A DNA stretch of 64,000 nucleotides from Candidatus Doudnabacteria bacterium (lineage in GTDB: Bacteria > Patescibacteriota > Doudnabacteria > UBA920), in the NCBI GenBank assembly GCA_963837465.1, contig CAWINB010000004.1, positions 10,853 through 74,852 on the forward strand. Reading direction: 5' to 3'. Every line of letters starts with the position of its first letter. Position 1 is the first letter of the stretch. The position numbers and the translations under genes are program-made. The notes beneath the pieces are model-generated. The model saw nothing but the letters and a program-made list of their open reading frames with translations. It searched no databases and was not told where the DNA came from. This document shows positions 56,809 through 64,000 of the stretch, one piece after another.

Positions 56809-57423
56809 TTGCGCGCAAATCCCGCAACCATGAACATAATATCTGCCAAATTTCTAAAAGGCGTAACCGGGCCGGACGAAAGCCTGGCGGACGGAATCCC
56901 GCAGGTGGCTTTTATCGGGCGTTCCAACGTGGGCAAGTCCAGCGTCATTAACACTTTAGCCAATAAAAAAGGTCTGGCCCGTACCAGTTCAATGCCCGGA
57001 CGCACCCAGGAAATAAATCTATTTTTGGTTTCCGCCGGAGGCGGATCCGCCTCCGGCGGAAATTTTTACCTGGTGGATTTACCGGGCTATGGTTTTGCCA
57101 AAGCCCCCAAAGATTTACAGGAACAAATCCAAAATTTGATTTACTGGTATTTTTTTGCTTCCGGTTACGGGCAAAAAAAAGTTGTCCTGATTATAGACGC
57201 CAACGTTGGCGCGACCAACAACGACATGGAAATGTTATTCAGCCTTAAGCAAGCCGATAAAGACATAATTATCGTGGCCAATAAAATTGATAAAGTAAAA
57301 AAAACCGCTCTTCAAAAACGGTTAAAAGAAATCCAAAATGTCGTCGGAGATTATAAAGTCATCCCCTACTCGGCTGAAAAAAGAACCGGGATAAACGAAC
57401 TGGCCAATGAAATTCTAAAATAA
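56809..57423 (+). CDS. engB: ribosome-biogenesis GTPase EngB/YsxC/YihA with a 10-aa palindrome-encoded insertion
   Basis: G1 VAFIGRSNVGKSS. DLPGYGFAK. NKIDK G4. The SAGGGSASGG insert between the LF and NFYLVDLPGYG segments is absent from typical EngB. Alternative start at 56830. Confidence 0.8.
   Translation: MRANPATMNIISAKFLKGVTGPDESLADGIPQVAFIGRSNVGKSSVINTLANKKGLARTSSMPGRTQEINLFLVSAGGGSASGGNFYLVDLPGYGFAKAPKDLQEQIQNLIYWYFFASGYGQKKVVLIIDANVGATNNDMEMLFSLKQADKDIIIVANKIDKVKKTALQKRLKEIQNVVGDYKVIPYSAEKRTGINELANEILK
57030..57059. repeat. 30-nt perfect palindromic element, copy 2 (in-frame within engB)
   Basis: TCCGCCGGAGGCGGATCCGCCTCCGGCGGA. Self-complementary over all 30 nt, centred on GGATCC. 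Confidence 0.85.
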
Positions 57424-57424
57424 A

Positions 57425-57452
57425 AATCCTGCCAATGCCGGCAGGATTTTTA
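57425..57452. terminator. bidirectional hairpin ATCCTGCC-aatgcc-GGCAGGAT between convergent engB and ORF 57470..57685
   Basis: Perfect 8-bp stem flanked by A-run and T-run. Confidence 0.65.
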
Positions 57453-57469
57453 TTTTAGAATTTCATTTT

Positions 57470-57685
57470 TTACATTTCCGGCAAGGCATCAAACTTAATC
57501 TTGAAGCCGGCCCACCATTTAGCCGTGTCGTCTGAGCTCATTTTCTTTATTTGCTCAGCAAGGTCAGGATGATTCTGCGTTACGTGGTCGGTGCCGTTTT
57601 TAACCATCTCCTCGGCAGTGTTGCCGGTAAGGACAACGCCGCAAGTCGCCGGGCCGCCCATTTGGGCACAAGTCATTTGTTTCAT
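57470..57685 (-). CDS. small DUF1059-like protein
   Basis: 71 aa. MKQMTCAQMGGPATCG start with paired Cys, as in small metal-binding DUF1059 proteins. Weak call. Confidence 0.35.
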   Translation of the reverse strand: MKQMTCAQMGGPATCGVVLTGNTAEEMVKNGTDHVTQNHPDLAEQIKKMSSDDTAKWWAGFKIKFDALPEM

Positions 57686-57739
57686 ATTTGATGATTGCTT
57701 TCTTTAAATTATTAATGTCTGCGATAACCTGCCTGTCAG

Positions 57740-57976
57740 CTACATTTGTTGTCGGTTTGGGCCGTTTGCGCCCTTCTTGCTAAAACCAAAAATATAAATA
57801 ATTTCCAGAATCCCGACTGTGTTAATTATCAACAACACCACATACCAGCCCGTATGGGAATTACGGGCCGCTTTCCATAAAGCTATGCCTTTCCAGATTA
57901 CGCTCCATATTAAAAGAACCAGCAGCAAAAGCTTTACGCGAAGAGAAATGACAAAAACCGGATAATTATGCCACAT
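57740..57976 (-). CDS. small two-TM membrane protein
   Basis: Two hydrophobic helices (LLLLVLLIWSVIW, VVLLIINTVGILEIIYIF). Confidence 0.35.
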   Translation of the reverse strand: MWHNYPVFVISLRVKLLLLVLLIWSVIWKGIALWKAARNSHTGWYVVLLIINTVGILEIIYIFGFSKKGANGPNRQQM

Positions 57977-58112
57977 ATAATTTTTCCTTTCATTTTAATT
58001 TTAATGCTTTAATTATATACCCATTTTTTATAACAAGCTATTTTTAAAACACCTCCCCGGTTTTGGGAAGGTGTTTTAAATTTAACCGCTTTGGTTAATT
58101 ACTGCGCCTGCT

Positions 58113-59087
58113 TTATTTTGCGGGAGCGGCAACCGGCTTGTTGCGGCCGTGGCCGAAATTGCCGCGCGCAAAAGTCCCGTCCATAATTTTAGTCGCTGTA
58201 ACGTTATCGCCTGAGGCTGTACCCTGGACTACCAAAGTATCGCCGGTCTGTATTTGGGATACTGTGATGGTCGCGCTGGTACCGCGGCTGCCGCTGGTTC
58301 CCGGAGTAAATTTGGTAACAGTAGCGCTTGAGGCGTCAACCGTGTAGGTGGCGCCGTTTTTGCCGGTCAGGGTAATGGTATTACCGCTGACTGAGGCAAC
58401 AGTCCCTACGGCCGCGGGTTTGGCGACAGGGCCTCTGCCATACCAGTTACCGAACACTCCATCGGTAATGCTGGTGGCGGTTATGTTATTTCCGGAAGCC
58501 GTACCCTGAACCACAACAGTGTCGCCAACCAAAATACCCGAAACGCTTATAGAACTCCTCGTGGGCTTGGCTCCGCTGGAACCGGGGGTAATTTTATTGA
58601 TTTTGGCGTTGGCGGCATCCACAGTATATGTAACGCCGTTTTTGCCGGTAACCGTCAGGCTGTTGCCATTAACCGCGGCAACTGTTCCGCTGGCCGCTGG
58701 CTTGGCCATTTTTCCCCGGCTCATGGACATCCCGTCCATAATTTTAGTCGCTGTAACGTTATCGCCTGAGGCTGTACCCTGGACTACCAAAGTATCGCCG
58801 GTCTGTATTTGGGATACTGTGATGGTCGCGCTGGTACCGCGGCTGCCGCTGGTTCCCGGAGTAAATTTGGTAACAGTAGCGCTTGAGGCGTCAACCGTGT
58901 AGGTGGCGCCGTTTTTGCCGGTCAGGGTAATGGTATTACCGCTGACTGAGGCAACAGTCCCTACGGCCGCGGGCGGAGTAAAAGACTTTGCCGTTTTACC
59001 GGCTGCCATGGCCGTGCCTCCGGCGACCAAGATCAGGGCAACAGCACCGGCTCCCATGCCCATTAAATATTTATTTCGCGTAGTCAT
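58113..59087 (-). CDS. secreted protein with three tandem ~100-aa repeats (DUF5666-like); repeats 1 and 3 identical at DNA level
   Basis: Signal/TM. Repeat unit AVGTVASVSGNTITLTGKNGATYTVDASSATVTKFTPG...GDTLVVQGTASGDNVTATKI. About 235-bp identical direct repeats at ~58157-58391 and ~58742-58973. Confidence 0.55.
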   Translation of the reverse strand: MTTRNKYLMGMGAGAVALILVAGGTAMAAGKTAKSFTPPAAVGTVASVSGNTITLTGKNGATYTVDASSATVTKFTPGTSGSRGTSATITVSQIQTGDTLVVQGTASGDNVTATKIMDGMSMSRGKMAKPAASGTVAAVNGNSLTVTGKNGVTYTVDAANAKINKITPGSSGAKPTRSSISVSGILVGDTVVVQGTASGNNITATSITDGVFGNWYGRGPVAKPAAVGTVASVSGNTITLTGKNGATYTVDASSATVTKFTPGTSGSRGTSATITVSQIQTGDTLVVQGTASGDNVTATKIMDGTFARGNFGHGRNKPVAAPAK

Positions 59088-59399
59088 ACTATTAAGTTCC
59101 TTTCTTAATTTTAATGATGGATATAAGACTTACAGGCTTGAGGCAACGATAAATATAATTATTTTGCCCCAAACGCGTAAGTCCTATATTTTAAACTTGT
59201 TGCTTAATTTGTTCTTCTACTTAGTAATACAACAGTGGCGGCGGTTATCTTTCATTCAGAATTAATTATACCCGCTCAAGAACCCCGCAAAAGTCTAATC
59301 AAAATTCACCGATACTCCCTGGTATCGACTCATTTTTCTTCAACTTTTTCGCTCCAATTCCTGAAATTTCGCTTCAAAAGCAATCTATTAAACGGGCTC

Positions 59400-59918
59400 T
59401 TAATAATCTTTGATTCTGGGATTGCGATATTGGCCATAGAATTGCCTGATTACCGGCAACCGGTGCTGGGCGGAAAAATGATAAAGCCTGTCGTGGAAAG
59501 ATGTAACATGCAGAACAAACGTAGCGGCGGCCAGCACGGCAATTATGCCCAGCAGAAGATAAACCAGCGGCTGGCGGTAAACAAAGGAATATTGCTGGAG
59601 CATAAAACCTAAAATTACTATAAGCAAAATACCGCCGAACACCGGGATCCAGGGAAACATCTCCAGATAAAAACCGAACCCCTGCTTACCTGCGTATGGG
59701 AAAAAAGAAAAGCTTTGCGATACCAGTAATTCAAAAACAAAACTGATTAAAAAAATAGCGGCCATAAGCAACAGCGCCGTACCCAAAGCGGCTAAAGCAG
59801 TCTGCAGCAAAAATTGCCGTCTGGACTTTTTTTTCAGCTCGCCGCTTTCAATTTTTTCCAAAATATCATTGGGTTGACTATCCATATTCTTAAATTCCGC
59901 CCGCAAATTATTTTTCAA
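59400..59918 (-). CDS. membrane anti-sigma factor (putative)
   Basis: 4-nt overlap with the upstream ECF sigma gene. Cytoplasmic N-domain, then multiple TM helices. Confidence 0.45.
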   Translation of the reverse strand: MKNNLRAEFKNMDSQPNDILEKIESGELKKKSRRQFLLQTALAALGTALLLMAAIFLISFVFELLVSQSFSFFPYAGKQGFGFYLEMFPWIPVFGGILLIVILGFMLQQYSFVYRQPLVYLLLGIIAVLAAATFVLHVTSFHDRLYHFSAQHRLPVIRQFYGQYRNPRIKDY

Positions 59919-60523
59919 ACAGGTTCTTTAGTGATTGAATCTTCATAGTATTTTTTTAATAATTTTCTTCCCCGCAGCAACCGCACTCCCACCGTATCAA
60001 TGGGAACATGCAGAATGTCCGCTATCTCCCTGTAATCAAAGCCTTCCATATAGTAAAGCAAAAGCGGTTCTTTGTATTTAAGGTCCAATTTATCCACGCA
60101 CAAACCCAGCAGTTCCTTTAACTGCCCGGCGTTTAATTCATCCTTATATTTTTCCCGCGGCAAATGGGGGAATAAAACGTCCAGGTCGAAAAACGGGATT
60201 TTTTCCAGCTTTCTCTTCTTAAGGAAATTAACGCATTCATTGTGGGCAATGCGGTAAAGCCAGGAGGAAAATTTGCGCCCGGTATCAAAGCTTTCAATAT
60301 TCCGGTAAGCTTTGATAAATGTTTCCTGGACAATATCCCTTCTGTCTTCCGCGTCGCTTAAAAACCTTCCGGCGTAGCGGGAAATTTTACCTTCGTAGCG
60401 TTCAAGCAGCCTGCCGAACAGTTCATTTTGCCCGGCTTGGATTTGGCCGGCGATATATTCGTCGCTTTGTTCACCGCTTTGTCCGTCATTATGGATTCCT
60501 TCTGGCAGAGAGTTGGGCTCCAT
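59915..60523 (-). CDS. ECF-type RNA polymerase sigma factor (sigma-70 regions 2 and 4)
   Basis: Region 2 FSSWLYRIAHNECVNFLKKRK. Region 4 HTH YREIADILHVPIDTVGVRLLRGRKLL. Confidence 0.75.
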   Translation of the reverse strand: MEPNSLPEGIHNDGQSGEQSDEYIAGQIQAGQNELFGRLLERYEGKISRYAGRFLSDAEDRRDIVQETFIKAYRNIESFDTGRKFSSWLYRIAHNECVNFLKKRKLEKIPFFDLDVLFPHLPREKYKDELNAGQLKELLGLCVDKLDLKYKEPLLLYYMEGFDYREIADILHVPIDTVGVRLLRGRKLLKKYYEDSITKEPV

Positions 60524-60919
60524 AGGCGCTTTGATTCCGATAGTTAATACAGTTAACCTGGGGCTTTTCTTTCATCCGGCCCGCCAAGAAACTCTCCGGA
60601 AAGTCGCTTTCGTGATGAAATTTCAGAATTTTATGATGATTGAGGGGGGAATTTTTTTATGACAATCGGCCAAAATTATGGAATTTAAGCCGAAATGGGC
60701 TTTGTGGAGCAGTTTCTTAACAAGCAGGGAATGGGCTATAACGGCCGCATTCCCTGCTTTATACCGGACTCTGCAATTCTTTGCTATATTTATAATACGC
60801 CGAAGGTAAACAGCTTGGTGCTTTTTTTGCCATACGATAAGTGGCCAAAAAGCCCATTTTACTAATTCCCATTTATGGATTAAAGTCATAAGTATAAGAT
60901 CATAATTTTAACTTGCTTT

Positions 60920-61606
60920 ATGGAAGCAAAATTTTTAGGCAAAAAGCTGTTGTTTTTGATCGCCCATCCCGACGATGAAAGTTTTGCCGCTGCGGGAACT
61001 ATGTTTAAAAATTTCCTGGCCGGCGGGCAAAATTATATTGTTTGCGCGACTTTGGGCGAGCGCGGCAAATCCCATATGGGCAGGAGTGTAACCCAAAAAG
61101 AGCTGAGAAAAATCCGCAAAAATGAACTTATTAAAGTTGCCGAATTTTTAAAGGTAAGCGGTTTGTATTTTTTTAAATTCCCCGATGCCGGGCTTAAAGC
61201 CCACGGCCGGGACTTGGAGGCAAAAACCAAAAAATTGGCAAAAAAAATTAAGCCGGATTATATTTTCAGCTTTGGCCCCGATGGCATGTCCGGCCACCTG
61301 GATCACATCGCGGCCGGCAAAGCCGCGCGTCAAGTAAGCAAAAAGCTCGGCATTCCTTTTGTGGCTTTTGCCGCTTCCCCGGGCCTGGTAAAAAGGTTTA
61401 AGGGGATTAAATCGCGCCGCGCCTACGGCAAGTACGCCAAAACCGTAACCCATCGAGCGCCCAACCTAAAAGTTAAAATTGATTTTAAAAATAAACTTAA
61501 AGTCCTCAGCTTCCACAAATCCCAATTCGGCCAAAGCACCATGCTGGCCGACGTACCCAAGCAAGTTAAGGATGGGTTTATGGATTATGAGTATTTTGTT
61601 GTTTGA
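60920..61606 (+). CDS. PIG-L/LmbE-family N-acetylglucosaminyl deacetylase
   Basis: AHPDDE metal-binding motif near the N-terminus, HxDH downstream (GHLDHIAAG). Confidence 0.7.
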   Translation: MEAKFLGKKLLFLIAHPDDESFAAAGTMFKNFLAGGQNYIVCATLGERGKSHMGRSVTQKELRKIRKNELIKVAEFLKVSGLYFFKFPDAGLKAHGRDLEAKTKKLAKKIKPDYIFSFGPDGMSGHLDHIAAGKAARQVSKKLGIPFVAFAASPGLVKRFKGIKSRRAYGKYAKTVTHRAPNLKVKIDFKNKLKVLSFHKSQFGQSTMLADVPKQVKDGFMDYEYFVV

Positions 61607-61633
61607 TTTGGAAACTATTTTAAAACGAATTTT

Positions 61634-62725
61634 TTGAACGATTTTGACAAAAAAACCATCCTGGCCATAGAAACCAGCTGCGACGAAACGGCCGCGGCGG
61701 TTTTGGAATTTTATAACGGCGGCAAATGGCCAAAAATCAAAACTCTGTCTTCGGCCGTCAAATCCCAAATTTCAATCCACAAAGCCTTTGGCGGCGTGGT
61801 GCCGGAAGCGGCCGCGCGCGCCCACGTAAAGAACATAAGACCGGTCGTGGAAAAAGCTTTGTCGGCATCAAGCTGTCGGCTGTCGGCAGTCAGCTGCATT
61901 GCTGTGACGACGGGTCCCGGACTCATCCCGTCATTAATAATAGGCGTGGAGTTCGCCAAGGCATTGTCTATGGCCACGGGCAAACCTGTAATCCCGGTCA
62001 ACCACATGCTTGGACATCTTTACTCGCCGTTTAAGGATAAAATGTTAAGGATTAAGGATTTTTTTCCGATTATCAGCCTGATAGTCAGTGGCGGACATAC
62101 GATGCTGGTGCTAATGCGGGATGAAAAAAACTACAGAGTTTTGGGGCAGACCGTTGATGACGCGGCGGGCGAGGCTTTTGATAAAGTGGCAAAGTTGCTG
62201 AAACTGCCTTATCCGGGCGGACCGGAAGTTGCCAAACTGGCGGAAAAAGGGAAACCGGATTTTGAATTTCCCAGGCCGATGGTAAATTCCAAAAATTACG
62301 ATTTTTCTTTCTCCGGACTCAAAACAGCTGTTTTATATTATCTTCGCGATAATGTAGGGGCTGGCTTTAGCCGCCCGAACCCTAAAACGGACGAGCAGGC
62401 TCTGCCCCTACAATTAAAGGCAAATATCTGCGCGGCTTTCCAGGACGCGGCCGTGGACGTTTTAGTTGCCAAAACCGTGCGCGCCGCAAAAGAGTTCAAC
62501 GCGAAATCCGTTTCCCTTTCCGGCGGCGTTGCGGCCAACCAAGCCTTGCGGAAAAAGCTGAAAGCGGAAAGCAAAAAGCTGAAAGCGGAATTCTTTGTTC
62601 CGCCAATAAATTTATGCGCCGACAACGCCGAAATGATAGGTTTGGCCGCGGGGTTTATGCTGCATAATGGATTTAAGCCAAAAATTTATAAATCCATAAA
62701 GGCTGACCCTAATTTGGAACTTTAA
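61634..62725 (+). CDS. tsaD: tRNA N6-adenosine threonylcarbamoyltransferase TsaD (Kae1/Gcp family)
   Basis: ILAIETSCDETAAAV, VPEAAARAH, TTGPGLIPSLIIGV, HMLGHLY signature motifs. Confidence 0.85.
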   Translation: MNDFDKKTILAIETSCDETAAAVLEFYNGGKWPKIKTLSSAVKSQISIHKAFGGVVPEAAARAHVKNIRPVVEKALSASSCRLSAVSCIAVTTGPGLIPSLIIGVEFAKALSMATGKPVIPVNHMLGHLYSPFKDKMLRIKDFFPIISLIVSGGHTMLVLMRDEKNYRVLGQTVDDAAGEAFDKVAKLLKLPYPGGPEVAKLAEKGKPDFEFPRPMVNSKNYDFSFSGLKTAVLYYLRDNVGAGFSRPNPKTDEQALPLQLKANICAAFQDAAVDVLVAKTVRAAKEFNAKSVSLSGGVAANQALRKKLKAESKKLKAEFFVPPINLCADNAEMIGLAAGFMLHNGFKPKIYKSIKADPNLEL

Positions 62726-62778
62726 CTGTTTTTTAATTACCTCTTGATATAATCCGGTTATATATAATTTATAATATT

Positions 62779-63561
62779 ATGCTTACCTTAAATAAATTTA
62801 GCGCCTTTTGGGCATCGGTCCTGCTGCTGGGTTTTACCGCGACTTTTTTGCTCATACCCAGGAGCGCCGATGTCCTTCTTGCCAGGTATAATCAAAATTA
62901 TCCCTACTACAACAATTATTATCCTAACAACAATAACGGCAACTATTATAATTATAATTCCCAGCCCAGTGGCAGCATTTACCAGCAGGCGCCGGTTACT
63001 TATTTAAATGTAAACCCGAACCCCGTGTATCCAAGTTATCCCAATTATCCTGTTTACGGCACCGCCCCGACTTCCGGATCCGGCAATAATTTAAGCGGCA
63101 ACTTTAGCCTGACATCCAACAATGATTACCGCGTGGGACAAACGCCGACTTACACTATTTCCGCGCCATCAAACTGGGACGGACAAATTATTAATTGGAC
63201 CAGTTCCCACAACGGCATAAGCAGCCAAACTACTTTTAGCTTAAACTCGAGCGGACAATGGACCGCTTCGGGCAACACCTGGGGCTACGGCGATGTGGGC
63301 TCGTGGCAAAAAACCGCGAACATTAACGGCGTCTCCCAAACTTTAAGCTTCAGCGTGCAAAATTGTGGCGGCACTCCGGTTGTTAATAACCCCTATCCCA
63401 GTAATAACGATGGCTTTGGTAATACCATTGGCGGCTCAACCGTAAGCTCAGGCGGCGGGCTAATTGGCGGGTCCGTAGGCGGCTACGGCCTCCAGACAAT
63501 AGGCGGCTCGGTTTACGGCTCAGGCTACCAAACTATTGGCGGCTCCACTGCTTTTAATTAG
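62779..63561 (+). CDS. secreted Tyr/Asn/Gly-rich low-complexity protein
   Basis: Signal/TM. YYNNYYPNNNNGNYYNY and GGS.GGYGLQTIGGS repeats. Confidence 0.4.
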   Translation: MLTLNKFSAFWASVLLLGFTATFLLIPRSADVLLARYNQNYPYYNNYYPNNNNGNYYNYNSQPSGSIYQQAPVTYLNVNPNPVYPSYPNYPVYGTAPTSGSGNNLSGNFSLTSNNDYRVGQTPTYTISAPSNWDGQIINWTSSHNGISSQTTFSLNSSGQWTASGNTWGYGDVGSWQKTANINGVSQTLSFSVQNCGGTPVVNNPYPSNNDGFGNTIGGSTVSSGGGLIGGSVGGYGLQTIGGSVYGSGYQTIGGSTAFN

Positions 63562-63689
63562 GGTTTGATTCGGTGGACTTGCCACTTTTCACTTTTCACT
63601 TTATACTACAAACAAGCTTATGTTCCGGCTGTCACCGGAATTCATCGTTGAGGTGAAAGCATTGGAAGAAATTGCGGCTGTCTGAATCC

Positions 63690-63806
63690 AAAGCTGCAAA
63701 ACTAGATCCAATCGGGGTTGCCCGTTAACAGCAAGAAACCAAGTATACTTCACGATGGTACCGCCAGCGATGGCTTGTGAACACCAATTTTTGGTGTTTT
63801 TTGTTT
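63690..63806 (+). promoter_or_regulatory. possible T-box-like leader / attenuator upstream of valS (low confidence)
   Basis: GATGGTACCGCC resembles the T-box core GGTGGNACCGCG, with UGGU able to pair with the ACCA end of tRNA-Val. It is followed by the ACACCAA-ttt-TTGGTGT hairpin plus T-run at 63783-63806. Confidence 0.25.
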
Positions 63807-63835
63807 TTCTAATCCCTATCCCCTAATCCCTTCCT

Positions 63836-64000
63836 ATGATCGAACTCGAAAAGGCCTACGACCACTCCAAAGTGGAACAAAAAATTTATAAAATTTGGGA
63901 AGACAGCGGATTTTTTAATCCGGATAATTTACCCGGAGACCGCAAAGAGCCATACACCATAATTATGCCGCCGCCCAATGCCAACGCGCCTATGCATTTG
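63836..64000 (+). CDS. valS: valyl-tRNA synthetase, 5' end (runs off window)
   Basis: MIELEKAYDHSKVEQKIYKIWEDSGFF...PYTIIMPPPNANAPMHL. Class I PPPN...HLGH entry motif typical of ValRS. Confidence 0.75.
   Translation, partial: MIELEKAYDHSKVEQKIYKIWEDSGFFNPDNLPGDRKEPYTIIMPPPNANAPMHL

Noticed and set aside
57030-57059. Palindrome with central GGATCC as an engineered Gly/Ser linker or cloning scar
   Set aside because: Considered because it encodes a GGGSASGG linker around a BamHI site. However, a 28/30 identical copy sits in an RNA gene (the pseudo-tRNA) where a protein linker makes no sense. This favours a natural mobile palindrome, though read-level verification is still advised.
59235-59612. 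ORF 59235..59612 (+)
   Set aside because: It is antisense to the better-supported anti-sigma ORF 59400..59918, which is translationally coupled to the sigma gene.
60623-60889. ORF 60623..60889 (88 aa, minus strand)
   Set aside because: It sits in the divergent promoter region between the ECF sigma gene and the PIG-L gene. It has no motif and is probably non-coding.
1-64000. rRNA genes and CRISPR arrays
   Set aside because: No stretch resembling 16S/23S/5S conserved cores and no direct repeat-spacer arrays were seen anywhere in the window.

Overview
This window is a compositional mosaic. Bases 1-6600 are very GC-rich and actinobacterial-like, and every gene there is frame-disrupted (SDR, nitroreductase, TetR, family-5 ABC substrate-binding protein, HAL-like lyase). 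A breakpoint near 6600 joins the HAL-like gene to a 3' fragment of an RNase J-like gene. From 7100 onward the sequence is lower-GC bacterial chromosome whose gene content resembles an uncultivated, CPR/Patescibacteria-like organism. Housekeeping genes there include trpS, phosphomannomutase, ychF, rpsF-ssb-rpsR, efp, gdh, riboflavin kinase, trxB, htrA, engB, an ECF sigma/anti-sigma pair, a PIG-L deacetylase, tsaD and the start of valS. This backbone is interrupted by several elements. (1) A RAYT/IS200-like tyrosine transposase is flanked by REP-like hairpins. (2) A high-GC islet carries a TonB-C-terminal-domain protein. (3) A mobile island carries a zeta-toxin-like kinase, an IS3 remnant, a 531-aa unknown protein, a tyrosine integrase, an Xis-like HTH protein and a large serine recombinase whose 3' end overlaps ychF. 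(4) A cluster of four giant secreted surface proteins (Ig-like Big_2, FN3, dockerin-like module, poly-Gly tract) shares a C-terminal repeat module. (5) An integrase-core IS is inserted into one copy of a dispersed 34-bp motif. (6) The most striking locus lies next to tRNA-Glu(TTC). An intact tRNA is followed by a 3' partial tRNA copy carrying a 30-nt GC-rich palindrome. Then come a second large serine recombinase and a 506-aa protein with a PD-(D/E)xK-like motif, bracketed by 113-bp near-perfect inverted repeats. Immediately after, a 1655-aa beta-helix/FN3/peptidoglycan-binding surface protein is bracketed by a second pair of ~362-bp inverted repeats. The same 30-nt palindrome is also inserted in-frame into engB. 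No rRNA and no CRISPR array were seen. All calls are from reading the sequence and the ORF track; no searches were run.
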